Part shown: positions 17,068-25,713 of the stretch, one piece after another
How positions within the stretch are numbered: the stretch's first letter is position 1
Layout of the letters: each line of letters starts with the position of its first letter
NCBI GenBank assembly: GCA_947628375.1
Contig: CANQZQ010000002.1
Location: 1-42,024 of the forward strand
Direction: 5' to 3'
DNA from: an uncultured Bacilli bacterium
GTDB taxonomy: Bacteria > Bacillota_I > Bacilli_A > RF39 > UBA660
DNA: 42,024 nt
The notes under the pieces: model-generated
The model's database searches: none
What the model saw: the letters and a program-made list of their open reading frames with translations, nothing else
Told to the model about the DNA's origin: nothing
Program-made: the position numbers and the translations under genes

Positions 17068-17106
17068 ATGTTGAAAAACTCTGAATTTTCAACATTTTCT
17101 TTTTTT
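17068..17106 (+). terminator. Terminator hairpin, member 1 of the ATGTTGAAAA/TTTTCAACAT palindrome family
   Basis: ATGTTGAAAA (17068-17077), loop actctgaa, TTTTCAACAT (17086-17095), then a T-rich run. Confidence 0.75.
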
Positions 17107-17133
17107 GACAAAACTTCTTAATATAGCTATAAT
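17105..17133 (+). promoter_or_regulatory. Consensus sigma-A promoter
   Basis: TTGACA (17105-17110), a 17-nt spacer, then TATAAT (17128-17133), 22 nt upstream of the ATG at 17155. Confidence 0.75.
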
Positions 17134-17154
17134 TATATTGTTAGAAGGTGGATA

Positions 17155-17685
17155 ATGAAAAGAGTGTTAAATATAAGTATTAAAATTATAATAGTAATTC
17201 TTTTTGTTGTAACTTCTTCTAGTTATGTATCTAAACATGAAACTAAAACTTATAGTAATAATATAAATAATAACGTTAATTTATCAACTATGGCATTAAA
17301 ATATGATGAATTTGTTGCTAATGATATCTATAGTGTTAAAGATACTTTTACCGGTGATTTAACAGGTTACGTTTATAATTGTCCTTTATGTAATGGCCAT
17401 TTAGGATGTATGTATCGTTATGATATTACAGATGGTAAAACAACATACTATGATGAAACTTATGGTAATGTCAGAATTGTAGCATCATCATCTAATCTTC
17501 CATGTGGTAGTATTGTACGTTTTAATAAATCGTTTGTCTCAAGTGAACCAGTAATTGCTATTGTTTTAGATCGTGGTGTAAGAGGTAATGCCCTAGATTT
17601 ACTAAGTAGTGATATTAATTATGCTCTTAATTTAGGAAGAAGTGTTATTACTTATGATGTTTTAAGACAAGGTTGGGGTAAATAA
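17155..17685 (+). CDS. 3D-domain (YabE/YuiC-like) cell-wall protein
   Basis: Signal/anchor sequence. The C-terminal LPCGSIVRFN...VIAIVLDRGVRGNALDLL is typical of the 3D double-psi beta-barrel domain. Its position between tatD and rsmA matches B. subtilis yabE. Confidence 0.7.
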   Translation: MKRVLNISIKIIIVILFVVTSSSYVSKHETKTYSNNINNNVNLSTMALKYDEFVANDIYSVKDTFTGDLTGYVYNCPLCNGHLGCMYRYDITDGKTTYYDETYGNVRIVASSSNLPCGSIVRFNKSFVSSEPVIAIVLDRGVRGNALDLLSSDINYALNLGRSVITYDVLRQGWGK

Positions 17686-17690
17686 TCTTT

Positions 17691-18470
17691 ATGAAATCTA
17701 AAAAAAGCCTTGGTCAAAATTTTTTAATTGATAAAAACATAATTAATGATATTAATAATAATATATTAGCTCAAGAAAATGATTTAATAATTGAAATAGG
17801 CCCTGGTATGGGAGCTTTAACTAAAGAATTAAAAAAGAAAAATGCTTATTTAATTTGTTATGAAATTGATGCAGATTTAAAAATTTATTTAAATAGTTTA
17901 GAAGATCATAAAACTAAAATAATTTATCAAGATATATTATTATCAAATATTAAAAATGATATTAAAGATATTAATTATAATAACTTATATATAGTAGGTA
18001 ATCTTCCTTATTATATAACAACTCCCATTATCAAGTATTTAATTAATACTGATTTAAATATTAAAGAAATGCTTTTTATGGTTCAAGACGAAGTTGCAAA
18101 TCGTTTTACTGCATTACCAAAAAGTAGTGCTTATAGTAGTATAACTTTATATTTAAATTACTTTTATCATACTTCTAAATTATTTAAAGTATCTAAAAAA
18201 TGTTTTAATCCAATTCCTAAAGTGGAAAGTGCTATTATTAAACTTTCTAAAAGAGAAAATAAACCTCAAGTTAATAAAGAAGATTATTTTAAATTAATTA
18301 ATGATGCTTTTAAAATGAAAAGAAAAACATTAAAAAATAATTTAAGAGGTTATGATCTTGTAAAAATAAATGAAGTCTTGCAAAAACACAATTTAAATGA
18401 TACGATAAGGGCAGAAGAATTAAGCGAAGAAGTTTTTATTGAACTTTATAATTCTTTATTTAAAAATTAA
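17691..18470 (+). CDS. rsmA: 16S rRNA (adenine1518/1519-N6)-dimethyltransferase
   Basis: KSLGQNFL motif, EIGPGMGALT SAM-binding motif, GNLPYYITTPII; 259 aa. Confidence 0.95.
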   Translation: MKSKKSLGQNFLIDKNIINDINNNILAQENDLIIEIGPGMGALTKELKKKNAYLICYEIDADLKIYLNSLEDHKTKIIYQDILLSNIKNDIKDINYNNLYIVGNLPYYITTPIIKYLINTDLNIKEMLFMVQDEVANRFTALPKSSAYSSITLYLNYFYHTSKLFKVSKKCFNPIPKVESAIIKLSKRENKPQVNKEDYFKLINDAFKMKRKTLKNNLRGYDLVKINEVLQKHNLNDTIRAEELSEEVFIELYNSLFKN

Positions 18471-18494
18471 TAATTTATTTTAGGAAGGATCAAA

Positions 18495-18590
18495 ATGGAT
18501 AAAACGACTAAAGTAATTTTAATTAGTAGTGTGATTGTTATGGTAATTTGGGGAATAGTCTTTTATCTTGTTAAATATGTTATAGAATAA
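18495..18590 (+). CDS. Unlisted 31-aa single-TM peptide
   Basis: AGGAAGGA RBS 6 nt upstream. Translation is MDKTTKVILISSVIVMVIWGIVFYLVKYVIE, ending at the TAA at 18588-18590. It falls below the ORF-track size cutoff. Confidence 0.5.
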   Translation: MDKTTKVILISSVIVMVIWGIVFYLVKYVIE

Positions 18591-18601
18591 GGAGAAATAT
18601 T

Positions 18602-18907
18602 ATGTATAATTATGAATTTAAAGATGAAAAAATCTTATTAGAAAATAAGGATGGTCTTATGGAAATAGATAATAATACATATCGAAGAAGTATTGTTATT
18701 ACTAATCAAAATATTTTAATATTTAATGATGTAAGCAAAAATAATCCTTTAAATGGTCGAGCAGTTTCTCTTTTAAGTGATTATCTTTTAGATTTAAGTA
18801 TTCCTCTAGAAAATATTGATTATAAAATAGAAGATAATAATACAATTATTAATTATAATAATAAAGAAATTGTCTTATATAATATTCTATTAAATGAATA
18901 TTTATAA
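18602..18907 (+). CDS. Hypothetical protein (101 aa)
   Basis: AAGGAG RBS; no recognisable motif. Confidence 0.5.
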   Translation: MYNYEFKDEKILLENKDGLMEIDNNTYRRSIVITNQNILIFNDVSKNNPLNGRAVSLLSDYLLDLSIPLENIDYKIEDNNTIINYNNKEIVLYNILLNEYL

Positions 18908-18918
18908 TATCGGGTAAA

Positions 18919-19032
18919 ATGAATAATTTAAGTGAAGAAAGAAAGATTATATTAACAGGTTTATTTATTGCTTTAGGAATAGTTGTCTTAGGTATTATTA
19001 TCTCAATTATGATTATTAATTTAAGAAGTTAA
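18919..19032 (+). CDS. Unlisted 37-aa single-TM peptide
   Basis: MNNLSEERKIILTGLFIALGIVVLGIIISIMIINLRS. The RBS is weak, but a terminator hairpin follows directly at 19023-19048. Confidence 0.35.
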   Translation: MNNLSEERKIILTGLFIALGIVVLGIIISIMIINLRS

Positions 19033-19048
19033 GTCTTCTTTTTTTTAT
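19023..19048 (+). terminator. Rho-independent terminator
   Basis: AAGAAG-ttaagt-CTTCTT followed by T8. Confidence 0.6.
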
Positions 19049-19079
19049 TTTAAAAACATATAATTTACTGGTGATATAT

Positions 19080-19862
19080 ATGGATAAAGAGGGGATTTCT
19101 ATTGGTGACTATGTAACCAGAAAAAGCTATAACAATGATACCATATTTAAAGTAATTAATATTAAAGATGATATTTACTATTTAAAAGGAGCCGAAGTAC
19201 GTTTATATGCTGATAGTGAACTGAGTGATTTAGTATTATGTGAAAAACCAAGAGATGAAGATTTTAAGGATTTAACTAGAGGTGAAAAACTAGAAAAAGA
19301 TGATGATTTTTTCTATTTACCTGGAAAAATTGTGCATTTAGATAGTGATGGCGAGTTTTTAGATAAATGCTTAAAATATTATAAATATATGGGGGTATAT
19401 GCCATTGGCAAAAAAATTAAAGAAGAAGATATGTATGAGCAAGTAAGATTATTATTAAATGAATATAAACCAGATATCTTAATATTAACTGGTCATGATG
19501 CCTACTTAAAAAAGAAAGGTAATATAAATGATTTAAATAATTATAAAAATACTAAAAATTTTATTAAAGCTATTAAAAGTGCTCGTAATTATGAAAAAAG
19601 TCACGAAAAATTAGTTATTATTGCAGGAGCTTGTCAAAGTAATTATGAAGAGCTAATTAAAGCGGGAGCTAATTTTGCATCTAGTCCTAAAAGAGTCAAT
19701 ATTCATGCTTTAGATCCCGCGATTATTGCGGTAACTATTGCTCTTACTGAAAGAAATAAAGAAATTAATTTAAAAGAGCTATTAGAAAAAACAAAATATG
19801 GCAAAGATGGTATGGGTGGCATAATTAGTAATGGCCTTATGTATGTGGGGTATCCAAGATAA
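19080..19862 (+). CDS. yabG: Sporulation-specific protease YabG
   Basis: IGDYVTRKSYNNDTIFKVI, EVRLYADSELSDLV, LPGKIVHLDSDGEFLDKCLKYY and YKPDILILTGHDAY closely track B. subtilis YabG. It lies downstream of rsmA and upstream of veg as in Bacillus. GTG at 19071 is an alternative start. Confidence 0.9.
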   Translation: MDKEGISIGDYVTRKSYNNDTIFKVINIKDDIYYLKGAEVRLYADSELSDLVLCEKPRDEDFKDLTRGEKLEKDDDFFYLPGKIVHLDSDGEFLDKCLKYYKYMGVYAIGKKIKEEDMYEQVRLLLNEYKPDILILTGHDAYLKKKGNINDLNNYKNTKNFIKAIKSARNYEKSHEKLVIIAGACQSNYEELIKAGANFASSPKRVNIHALDPAIIAVTIALTERNKEINLKELLEKTKYGKDGMGGIISNGLMYVGYPR

Positions 19863-20074
19863 TGAATATTGATTTAGTTAAAAGCAAAATTGAAGCAAAT
19901 ATTAATAAAAAAGTTGTGGTTACTGTCTATGGAATGCGTAATAAAATATCGAGATATGAAGGAATTCTTTATAAGACATATCCCAATATTTTCACAATAA
20001 TGACAGATGGAGTAGAGAAAAGTTTTTCTTATAATGATTATATTACAGGGTATATTAAGATAAAACTATTATAA
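19862..20074 (+). CDS. veg: Veg protein
   Basis: 70 aa; GILYKTYPNIFTI...SFSYNDYITG is the Veg signature, and synteny with yabG supports it. Confidence 0.85.
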   Translation: MNIDLVKSKIEANINKKVVVTVYGMRNKISRYEGILYKTYPNIFTIMTDGVEKSFSYNDYITGYIKIKLL

Positions 20075-20146
20075 ATTGCTTGAAAAAACTTAATTTATGG
20101 TATAAAATGGTATTAGATTGTGAAATCAAGATAAGGAGTGGAAATT

Positions 20147-20419
20147 ATGGAAATTACAAAAGTACGTGTTCACAAAGTAGATAGAGAGGGTTCAAGACTT
20201 AAAGGTTATGCAACTGTCACTATCGATGATTGCTTCGTAGTAAGCAACATTAGAATTATAGAAGGAGAAAACAGATTATTTTGCGCTATGCCTAGTCGTA
20301 AAGTAAACGATGAAAAATTCGAAGATATTGTTCATCCAACTAATGCTGAAACAAGAGAAATGTTTGAATCAAAAATCTTAGAAGAATATAATAATCCAAC
20401 TGTTGAAGAAGAAAACTAG
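20147..20419 (+). CDS. spoVG: Septation/sporulation regulator SpoVG
   Basis: MEITKVRVHKVDREGSRLKGYATVTIDDCFVVSNIRIIEG...FCAMPSRK. The ATG at 20147 is 8 nt after an AAGGAG RBS; the track start at 20138 is a GTG inside the RBS. Confidence 0.95.
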   Translation: MEITKVRVHKVDREGSRLKGYATVTIDDCFVVSNIRIIEGENRLFCAMPSRKVNDEKFEDIVHPTNAETREMFESKILEEYNNPTVEEEN

Positions 20420-20430
20420 GATTGTCTAAT

Positions 20431-20778
20431 ATGGATAAAGTTTATCAAGATATGTATCAAATAATCAGAAATTGGTTATATGATATAAAATGGGGACTAA
20501 GAATAGAATATAATCAAGATGTTATTGATAGAGAAAACATCATGGCTCAAAACTTAGAAGTATATGAATATATGAGTAGTTCATTACAAAATGAAAAACA
20601 AATAATAGATCAAATTATTTCTAAGGGAATAGCTATTACCAAAAATAATCAATATATTGTCAATGTTGAAAATATTCAAAGATTTTTAACATTATCATCA
20701 GTAGTTCCTATGGCCAGATCTATTTATCAAGAAATAAAAATGATTGATAAAAAAGAGACTGCCCCTAGTAAAAAATAA
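20431..20778 (+). CDS. Hypothetical protein (115 aa from the ATG; TTG at 20422 is the alternative)
   Basis: ORF with a strong terminator after it; no motif recognised. Confidence 0.45.
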   Translation: MDKVYQDMYQIIRNWLYDIKWGLRIEYNQDVIDRENIMAQNLEVYEYMSSSLQNEKQIIDQIISKGIAITKNNQYIVNVENIQRFLTLSSVVPMARSIYQEIKMIDKKETAPSKK

Positions 20779-20782
20779 TATT

Positions 20783-20822
20783 AAGAACTTGCAAATAATA
20801 ATATTTGTTAGTTCTTTTTTTT
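20783..20822 (+). terminator. Rho-independent terminator
   Basis: AAGAACTtGCAAATA-ataa-TATTTGtTAGTTCTT long hairpin followed by a T-run. Confidence 0.75.
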
Positions 20823-20856
20823 GTGATTAAATCATATCTTTATTTAGGAGGATATT

Positions 20857-21147
20857 ATGGAAAGTAATATGGATATGGTAAATTATGGATCACATGAAAT
20901 AAAAATAACAGACAGAAGTGTTATTAGTTTAAGTGGTATTAATAAAATTAGTAGTTTTGATGATCAAGAATTTTTAATGGAATCTAATATGGGTGTTATT
21001 CTTCTAAAAGGAGAAGGTCTTGAAATAGTTAAACTTGATACCCATGATGGCAATGTTAAAATAAAAGGTAAATTAATAAGTTTTGCTTATATTGAAAATT
21101 TGAAAAAAAATAAAGAAGAAAGTTTACTTTCTAAATTATTTAAATAA
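20857..21147 (+). CDS. yabP: Sporulation protein YabP
   Basis: ITDRSVISLSGINKISSFDDQEFLMESNMGVILLKGEGLEIVKLD matches the YabP family pattern. AGGAGG RBS, and followed by yabQ. Confidence 0.85.
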   Translation: MESNMDMVNYGSHEIKITDRSVISLSGINKISSFDDQEFLMESNMGVILLKGEGLEIVKLDTHDGNVKIKGKLISFAYIENLKKNKEESLLSKLFK

Positions 21148-21449
21148 TGAGTGCTAATTTACAATTAATCTCTTTTATAATTTCTTTTATATATGGTATT
21201 ATTTTTGCTTTATTAACTATTTTTAATTTTAAATTAATTGCAAATCTTAAAACCATTTATAAACATTTAATAACTTTTATGTATGTGTTAGATATAACTA
21301 TTATTTATATAATTATTTTATATCATCTTAATAAAGGATACTTTCATATCTATTTTATTTTAACTGTCTTTTTAGGTTTTCTAGTAGGTATTATTTTATA
21401 TAAAAAATTATTAAGTAAAATTAATGTCAAAAGAATTTTTAAGAATTGA
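21147..21449 (+). CDS. yabQ: Spore cortex biosynthesis protein YabQ
   Basis: 100-aa polytopic membrane protein directly overlapping the yabP stop (ATGA), consistent with yabP-yabQ-divIC synteny. Confidence 0.75.
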   Translation: MSANLQLISFIISFIYGIIFALLTIFNFKLIANLKTIYKHLITFMYVLDITIIYIIILYHLNKGYFHIYFILTVFLGFLVGIILYKKLLSKINVKRIFKN

Positions 21450-21501
21450 AATAATAGTTAACTTATGCTAATCTTAAATTAATATAAAAGGGAAGATAAT
21501 A

Positions 21502-21807
21502 ATGCATAAGAAAAGCAAGAAAGAGAAAAAAAGACTTGTTTTAATTTTTACTGCAATTATTACATTGCTTTCTCTTTTAATTGCTTCAGTTTATAAAGAT
21601 TGGCAACAAATCATGGCTAATAAAAAACTAGAAAGAGAATTAAATAGTGAATATAATTATTTAATGGAAAAAGAAGATAAACTTAATACAGAAATTGCTC
21701 GGTTAAGCGAAAATGAAGGTTTAATTAATTATGCCAGAGAAAACTTTTTGCTATCAACAGAGGGCGATATAATTATTAAATGGGATAAAAATAATACTAA
21801 TAATTAA
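21502..21807 (+). CDS. divIC: Septum formation initiator (DivIC/FtsB family)
   Basis: N-terminal basic tail, one TM helix and a coiled coil; 101 aa; position after yabQ. Confidence 0.7.
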   Translation: MHKKSKKEKKRLVLIFTAIITLLSLLIASVYKDWQQIMANKKLERELNSEYNYLMEKEDKLNTEIARLSENEGLINYARENFLLSTEGDIIIKWDKNNTNN

Positions 21808-21816
21808 TTAGTATTT

Positions 21817-22389
21817 TTATTTGATTATTTCATCAATTAAACCATATTCTAGAGCTTCATCTGGATCCATAAAATTATCTCTTTCGGTATCTTTTTCGAG
21901 TGTCTCAATACTTTTACCAGTGGCATTAGATAAAATATGATTTAATTTATCTTTAATTTTTAAAATCCGCTCAGCAGCAATTTTAATATCTGTTGCTTGG
22001 CCTTGTGTTCCTCCAAGTGGTTGATGAATCATAATTTCCGAATTAGGTAAACTACATCTTTTCCCCTTTGTTCCATTTGCTAAAATAAATGCTCCCATTG
22101 AGGCTGCAAGACCAATGCAAATTGTTTTAATATCACTTTTAATATAATTCATAGTATCATAAATAGCCATTCCACTTGTAATAGATCCACCCGGCGAATT
22201 AATATATAAATAAATATCATTGTGATTTAAACTATCTAAATATAAAAGCTCAGAAACTATAATACTAGCCATACTATCATTAACTTCCCCATTTAAAAAT
22301 ACAATTCGATCATTTAAAAGTCTTGAATATAAATCAAAAGCATATTCTTTATTACTTTCCTTTTCAATCACTGTTGGAATTATGTTCAT
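21817..22389 (-). CDS. clpP: ATP-dependent Clp protease proteolytic subunit
   Basis: IPTVIEKES...[16 protein letters not shown], catalytic GLAASMGAF and IMIHQPLGG. The start at 22389 has an AGGTGA RBS; the track start at 22425 adds 12 unlikely residues. Confidence 0.95.
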   Translation of the reverse strand: MNIIPTVIEKESNKEYAFDLYSRLLNDRIVFLNGEVNDSMASIIVSELLYLDSLNHNDIYLYINSPGGSITSGMAIYDTMNYIKSDIKTICIGLAASMGAFILANGTKGKRCSLPNSEIMIHQPLGGTQGQATDIKIAAERILKIKDKLNHILSNATGKSIETLEKDTERDNFMDPDEALEYGLIDEIIK

Positions 22390-22486
22390 TTTATCACCTA
22401 TAATTATAATATAAGAATTTAGCATTTTTTATTCAAAAAAATAATAAAATATGATATGATAATAAAAGAGTAAAGGATATGTTAGT

Positions 22487-24133
22487 GTGATGGAAAATAT
22501 TTTAATTACATATAATGGTGAAAAGAAAGAATTTCCCAAATATACTACTTACTATGATATTAGTAAAGCCTTTAATATGTCAAAAAATATTTTAGGAGTT
22601 AAAGTTAATAATGAAGTATTTTCTCTTACTGATGCAACTTCTATATCAGAGGAAATTAATTTTATTGATTTAAATGATATAATAGGTAATAAAATTTATA
22701 AAAGTGGTTTAGAATTTTTATTTGAAGTAGCCCTTAAAGAAGCTTATCCCAATTTAGATATAACATACCAACATAGTGTTCCTAAAGGCTTTTTAGGGGA
22801 AATAGTTGGTGATAAAATTATTACTCAAGATGATTTAGTGAAGATTAAAGGAATAATGGCTAGAATTATATCAGAAGATAAGCCTTTTAAAAAATATACT
22901 ATTAGTAAAAAAGACGCTATTAAATTTTATCAAAGTAAAAATCAAAAAGAAAAGTGTGAAAACATTCAAAATATCTCTGACGTTGCTGTCACTTTATATG
23001 AATTAAATGGTATACATAACTATTTTTATAATGATATGCCTTATAGTACAGGAAGCATAACTAAATACGATATTGTTTATTTAGGAAGAAACAGATTAGT
23101 TTTTTTAATTCCTAACTGGCGTTGTAATGGTGAACTTCCTGAATATGTTCATTATGATAATATTATTAATTCATTTTTAGTAGGTAAGAATTGGCTAGAA
23201 ACTTTAAATATGCAGTATGCTACTTCGATTAATAATACGATAAGTAATGGCAAGATAAAAGATTTCATTAAATCTTGTGAATTAATTTTTAATTTAAATA
23301 TGTCAGATGTTACTAAAGAAATAACTAATAATAGAAATATTAAATTTGTTTTAATTGCGGGTCCATCTTCTAGTGGTAAAACAACAACTGCCAAAAGATT
23401 AGCATCTTATTTAGAAGCCTTTGGTTTTGATCCTTTAAGATTATCAATTGATGATTTTTTCCTAGAAAGAGAAGATACCCCCAAAAATGAAAAGGGCGAA
23501 TATGACTTTGAATGTTTAACAGCAATTGATTTAAATTTATTCAATACTACCTTAAAGAAATTACTTGATGGTGAAGAAGTAAGTCTTCCGACATTTAACT
23601 TTGTTACTGGTAAAAAAGAATATAATGATAATTTAGTTAAAATGAGGGATAATAGTATTATCTTAATTGAAGGCTTACATGCTTTAAATGATGAATTATT
23701 ACCAAGTATCGATAAAAAATATAAATACAAAATTTATTTAAGCCCTTTTATTCCTCTTAATATAGATAGACATAATTATATATCCACAACTGATTTAAGA
23801 TTATTAAGAAGAATAGTTAGAGATAATAGAACAAGAAATTATGATGTTAATAACACTATCAAAGTTTGGCAAAATGTTAGAAATGGTGAAGAAAAATACA
23901 TTTTCCCATACATTCATCAAGCGGATAAAATAATTAATACCGCTCTTACTTATGAAATAGGAGTTATCAAAGTTTATGTTGAACCTTTACTTAGAAGTAT
24001 TAGAGTAAATAGTGATTATTATGAAGAAGCCAAAAGATTATTAAATTTTTTAAAAATTTTTTATACAATACCAAGCGAGTATGTACCAGAAGATTCAATA
24101 CTTAGAGAGTTTATAGGAGGATGCAATGATTAA
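22487..24133 (+). CDS. Uridine-kinase-family P-loop kinase with N-terminal TGS/ThrRS-like domains
   Basis: GPSSSGKTTTAKRL Walker A followed by a PRK/Udk-like region (IILIEGLHALND). The N-terminal ~230 aa resembles the TGS plus second additional domain arrangement. ATG at 22490 is an alternative start. Confidence 0.6.
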   Translation: MMENILITYNGEKKEFPKYTTYYDISKAFNMSKNILGVKVNNEVFSLTDATSISEEINFIDLNDIIGNKIYKSGLEFLFEVALKEAYPNLDITYQHSVPKGFLGEIVGDKIITQDDLVKIKGIMARIISEDKPFKKYTISKKDAIKFYQSKNQKEKCENIQNISDVAVTLYELNGIHNYFYNDMPYSTGSITKYDIVYLGRNRLVFLIPNWRCNGELPEYVHYDNIINSFLVGKNWLETLNMQYATSINNTISNGKIKDFIKSCELIFNLNMSDVTKEITNNRNIKFVLIAGPSSSGKTTTAKRLASYLEAFGFDPLRLSIDDFFLEREDTPKNEKGEYDFECLTAIDLNLFNTTLKKLLDGEEVSLPTFNFVTGKKEYNDNLVKMRDNSIILIEGLHALNDELLPSIDKKYKYKIYLSPFIPLNIDRHNYISTTDLRLLRRIVRDNRTRNYDVNNTIKVWQNVRNGEEKYIFPYIHQADKIINTALTYEIGVIKVYVEPLLRSIRVNSDYYEEAKRLLNFLKIFYTIPSEYVPEDSILREFIGGCND

Positions 24134-25139
24134 AGTAGCGATTAATGGTTTTGGAAGAATAGGTAGAATTGCCTTTAGAGAAATGATTACAACAAGTGAT
24201 TTTGATGTTGTAGCAATTAATGATTTATCAAATGCTGAAGAATTAGCTCATTTACTTAAATATGATACAGTTCATCGTTCATTTCATGAGCAAGAGATTT
24301 CATATGATGGTAATGATATTGTAATTGCAGGTAAAAAAAGAATTAGAGTATTTAGTGAAAAAGATCCAGTTAATTTACCTTGGCGAGATCTAAATGTTGA
24401 TTTAGTTTTAGAGTGTACAGGGGTATTTACTAAATATGAAGATGCAATGAAACATATCACCGCAGGAGCTAAAAAAGTTTTAATATCAGCTCCAGGCAAA
24501 GGTGATATGAAGACAATTGTCTATGGTGTCAATGATAATATTTTAGATGGAACTGAACAAATAGTATCATCAGCTAGTTGTACGACTAATTGTTTAGCTC
24601 CAGTTTTAAAAGTTATAAATGATAATTATGGTATTAACAAAGGATTTATGAGTACTGTTCATGCTTTTACTAATGATCAAGAAACTTTAGATATAGCTCA
24701 TAAAAAAGGTATATATGCAAGACGTGGAAGAGCCGCTAGTCAAAATATTATTCCCGCTTCAACTGGGGCTGCCTCAGCAATTGGTTTAGTTATACCAGAA
24801 TTAAATGGTAAATTAGATGGACTTGCTTATAGAGTACCAGTTTGTGATGGCTCATTAATTGATGTTACTTTAGAGTTAAAATCATCACCATCAATTGATG
24901 ATATAAATAATTTATTTATGAATAATCAAAATGAAACATTAAAATTTACTAAAGATCCAATCGTTTCTAGTGATGTTATTGGTAAAAGATGTGGTTCTCT
25001 AGTAGACGGATTACTTACTAATATGGTTGAAGTAAATAATACAAGATTATATAAAATAGTATCTTGGTATGATAATGAACTTGGTTATACTTGTCAAATG
25101 CTAAGATGTGCTAAAGCAATGTTTAAAAATACTCTTTAA
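24126..25139 (+). CDS. gap: Type I glyceraldehyde-3-phosphate dehydrogenase
   Basis: MIKVAINGFGRIGR, active site SASCTTNCLAP, WYDNELGY. AGGAGGA RBS. Overlaps the upstream gene by 8 nt. Confidence 0.95.
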   Translation: MIKVAINGFGRIGRIAFREMITTSDFDVVAINDLSNAEELAHLLKYDTVHRSFHEQEISYDGNDIVIAGKKRIRVFSEKDPVNLPWRDLNVDLVLECTGVFTKYEDAMKHITAGAKKVLISAPGKGDMKTIVYGVNDNILDGTEQIVSSASCTTNCLAPVLKVINDNYGINKGFMSTVHAFTNDQETLDIAHKKGIYARRGRAASQNIIPASTGAASAIGLVIPELNGKLDGLAYRVPVCDGSLIDVTLELKSSPSIDDINNLFMNNQNETLKFTKDPIVSSDVIGKRCGSLVDGLLTNMVEVNNTRLYKIVSWYDNELGYTCQMLRCAKAMFKNTL

Positions 25140-25152
25140 TGAGTATTTTTTT
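25125..25152. terminator. Bidirectional terminator between gap and the module B regulator
   Basis: AAAAATACTC-tttaat-GAGTATTTTT 10-bp stem with A/T runs on both sides. Confidence 0.65.
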
Positions 25153-25600
25153 AACGTTTATAAGGAGTTCTTTCATCAGTTAAATATAATAAATAATCAA
25201 TTGGTACATTGTAATATTTAGCTAAAATAATTAGCTTTGTAATAGGAATATCGCAATAACTTGTTTCATATTGTGAATAACCATTTTGACTCATATTTAA
25301 TATTTTAGCAATATCTATTTGTAATAAATCTCTATCTTCTCTAACATCTTTTAATCTATTCATGTTATTAGCAGTTTTAATAATATGTGATGGATTATAA
25401 GGTGTTTTTATATCTGTTAAATTTAAAATATAATCGATATTGACATCAAAAATTATCGCTAATTTTCTAAGTTTAGTTGTCGAAATATTTGATAGTTCTG
25501 TCTCATATTGCGAGTATCCATTTTGACTCATATTTAATTCTTTAGCAATATCTTTTTGATATAAATTTTTTTCTTTTCTAAGTTCCTTTAGTCTATTCAT
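25151..25600 (-). CDS. XRE-family regulator with two tandem HTH domains (149 aa), module B
   Basis: Two ~70-79 aa repeats: MNRLKELRKEKNLYQKDIAKELNMSQNGYSQYET...DYILNLTD and MNRLKDVREDRDLLQIDIAKILNMSQNGYSQYET...DYLLYLTDERTPY. Divergent from 25714. Confidence 0.85.
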   Translation of the reverse strand: MNRLKELRKEKNLYQKDIAKELNMSQNGYSQYETELSNISTTKLRKLAIIFDVNIDYILNLTDIKTPYNPSHIIKTANNMNRLKDVREDRDLLQIDIAKILNMSQNGYSQYETSYCDIPITKLIILAKYYNVPIDYLLYLTDERTPYKR

Positions 25601-25622
25601 AATCTCACATCTAAAATTTAAC

Positions 25623-25698
25623 GTATCGTAAATAAAGATATTGACTTATATCGCTATTAACGATATACTTAATTTAATAATATCGTAAATAACGATAT
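25623..25698. promoter_or_regulatory. Three ATATCG/CGATAT-type operator-like repeats around the module B promoter
   Basis: TATCGTAAATAAaGATA (25624-25640), TATATCG-ctattaa-CGATATA (25647-25667, inside the spacer and -10), and ATATCGT-aaata-ACGATAT (25680-25698). Confidence 0.65.
25641..25669 (+). promoter_or_regulatory. Sigma-A-type promoter of the module B large gene
   Basis: TTGACT (25641-25646), a 17-nt spacer, then TATACT (25664-25669). Confidence 0.6.
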
Positions 25699-25713
25699 AA
25701 GGAGAATCTATCT

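Noticed and set aside
23152-24499. Minus-strand ORFs 23152-23394, 23407-23730 and 24284-24499; similarly 28314-28505, 30972-31154, 31774-31977, 33366-33584 and 35883-36089
   Set aside because: They are antisense to conserved or well-supported + strand genes, and they have low-complexity translations and no RBS.
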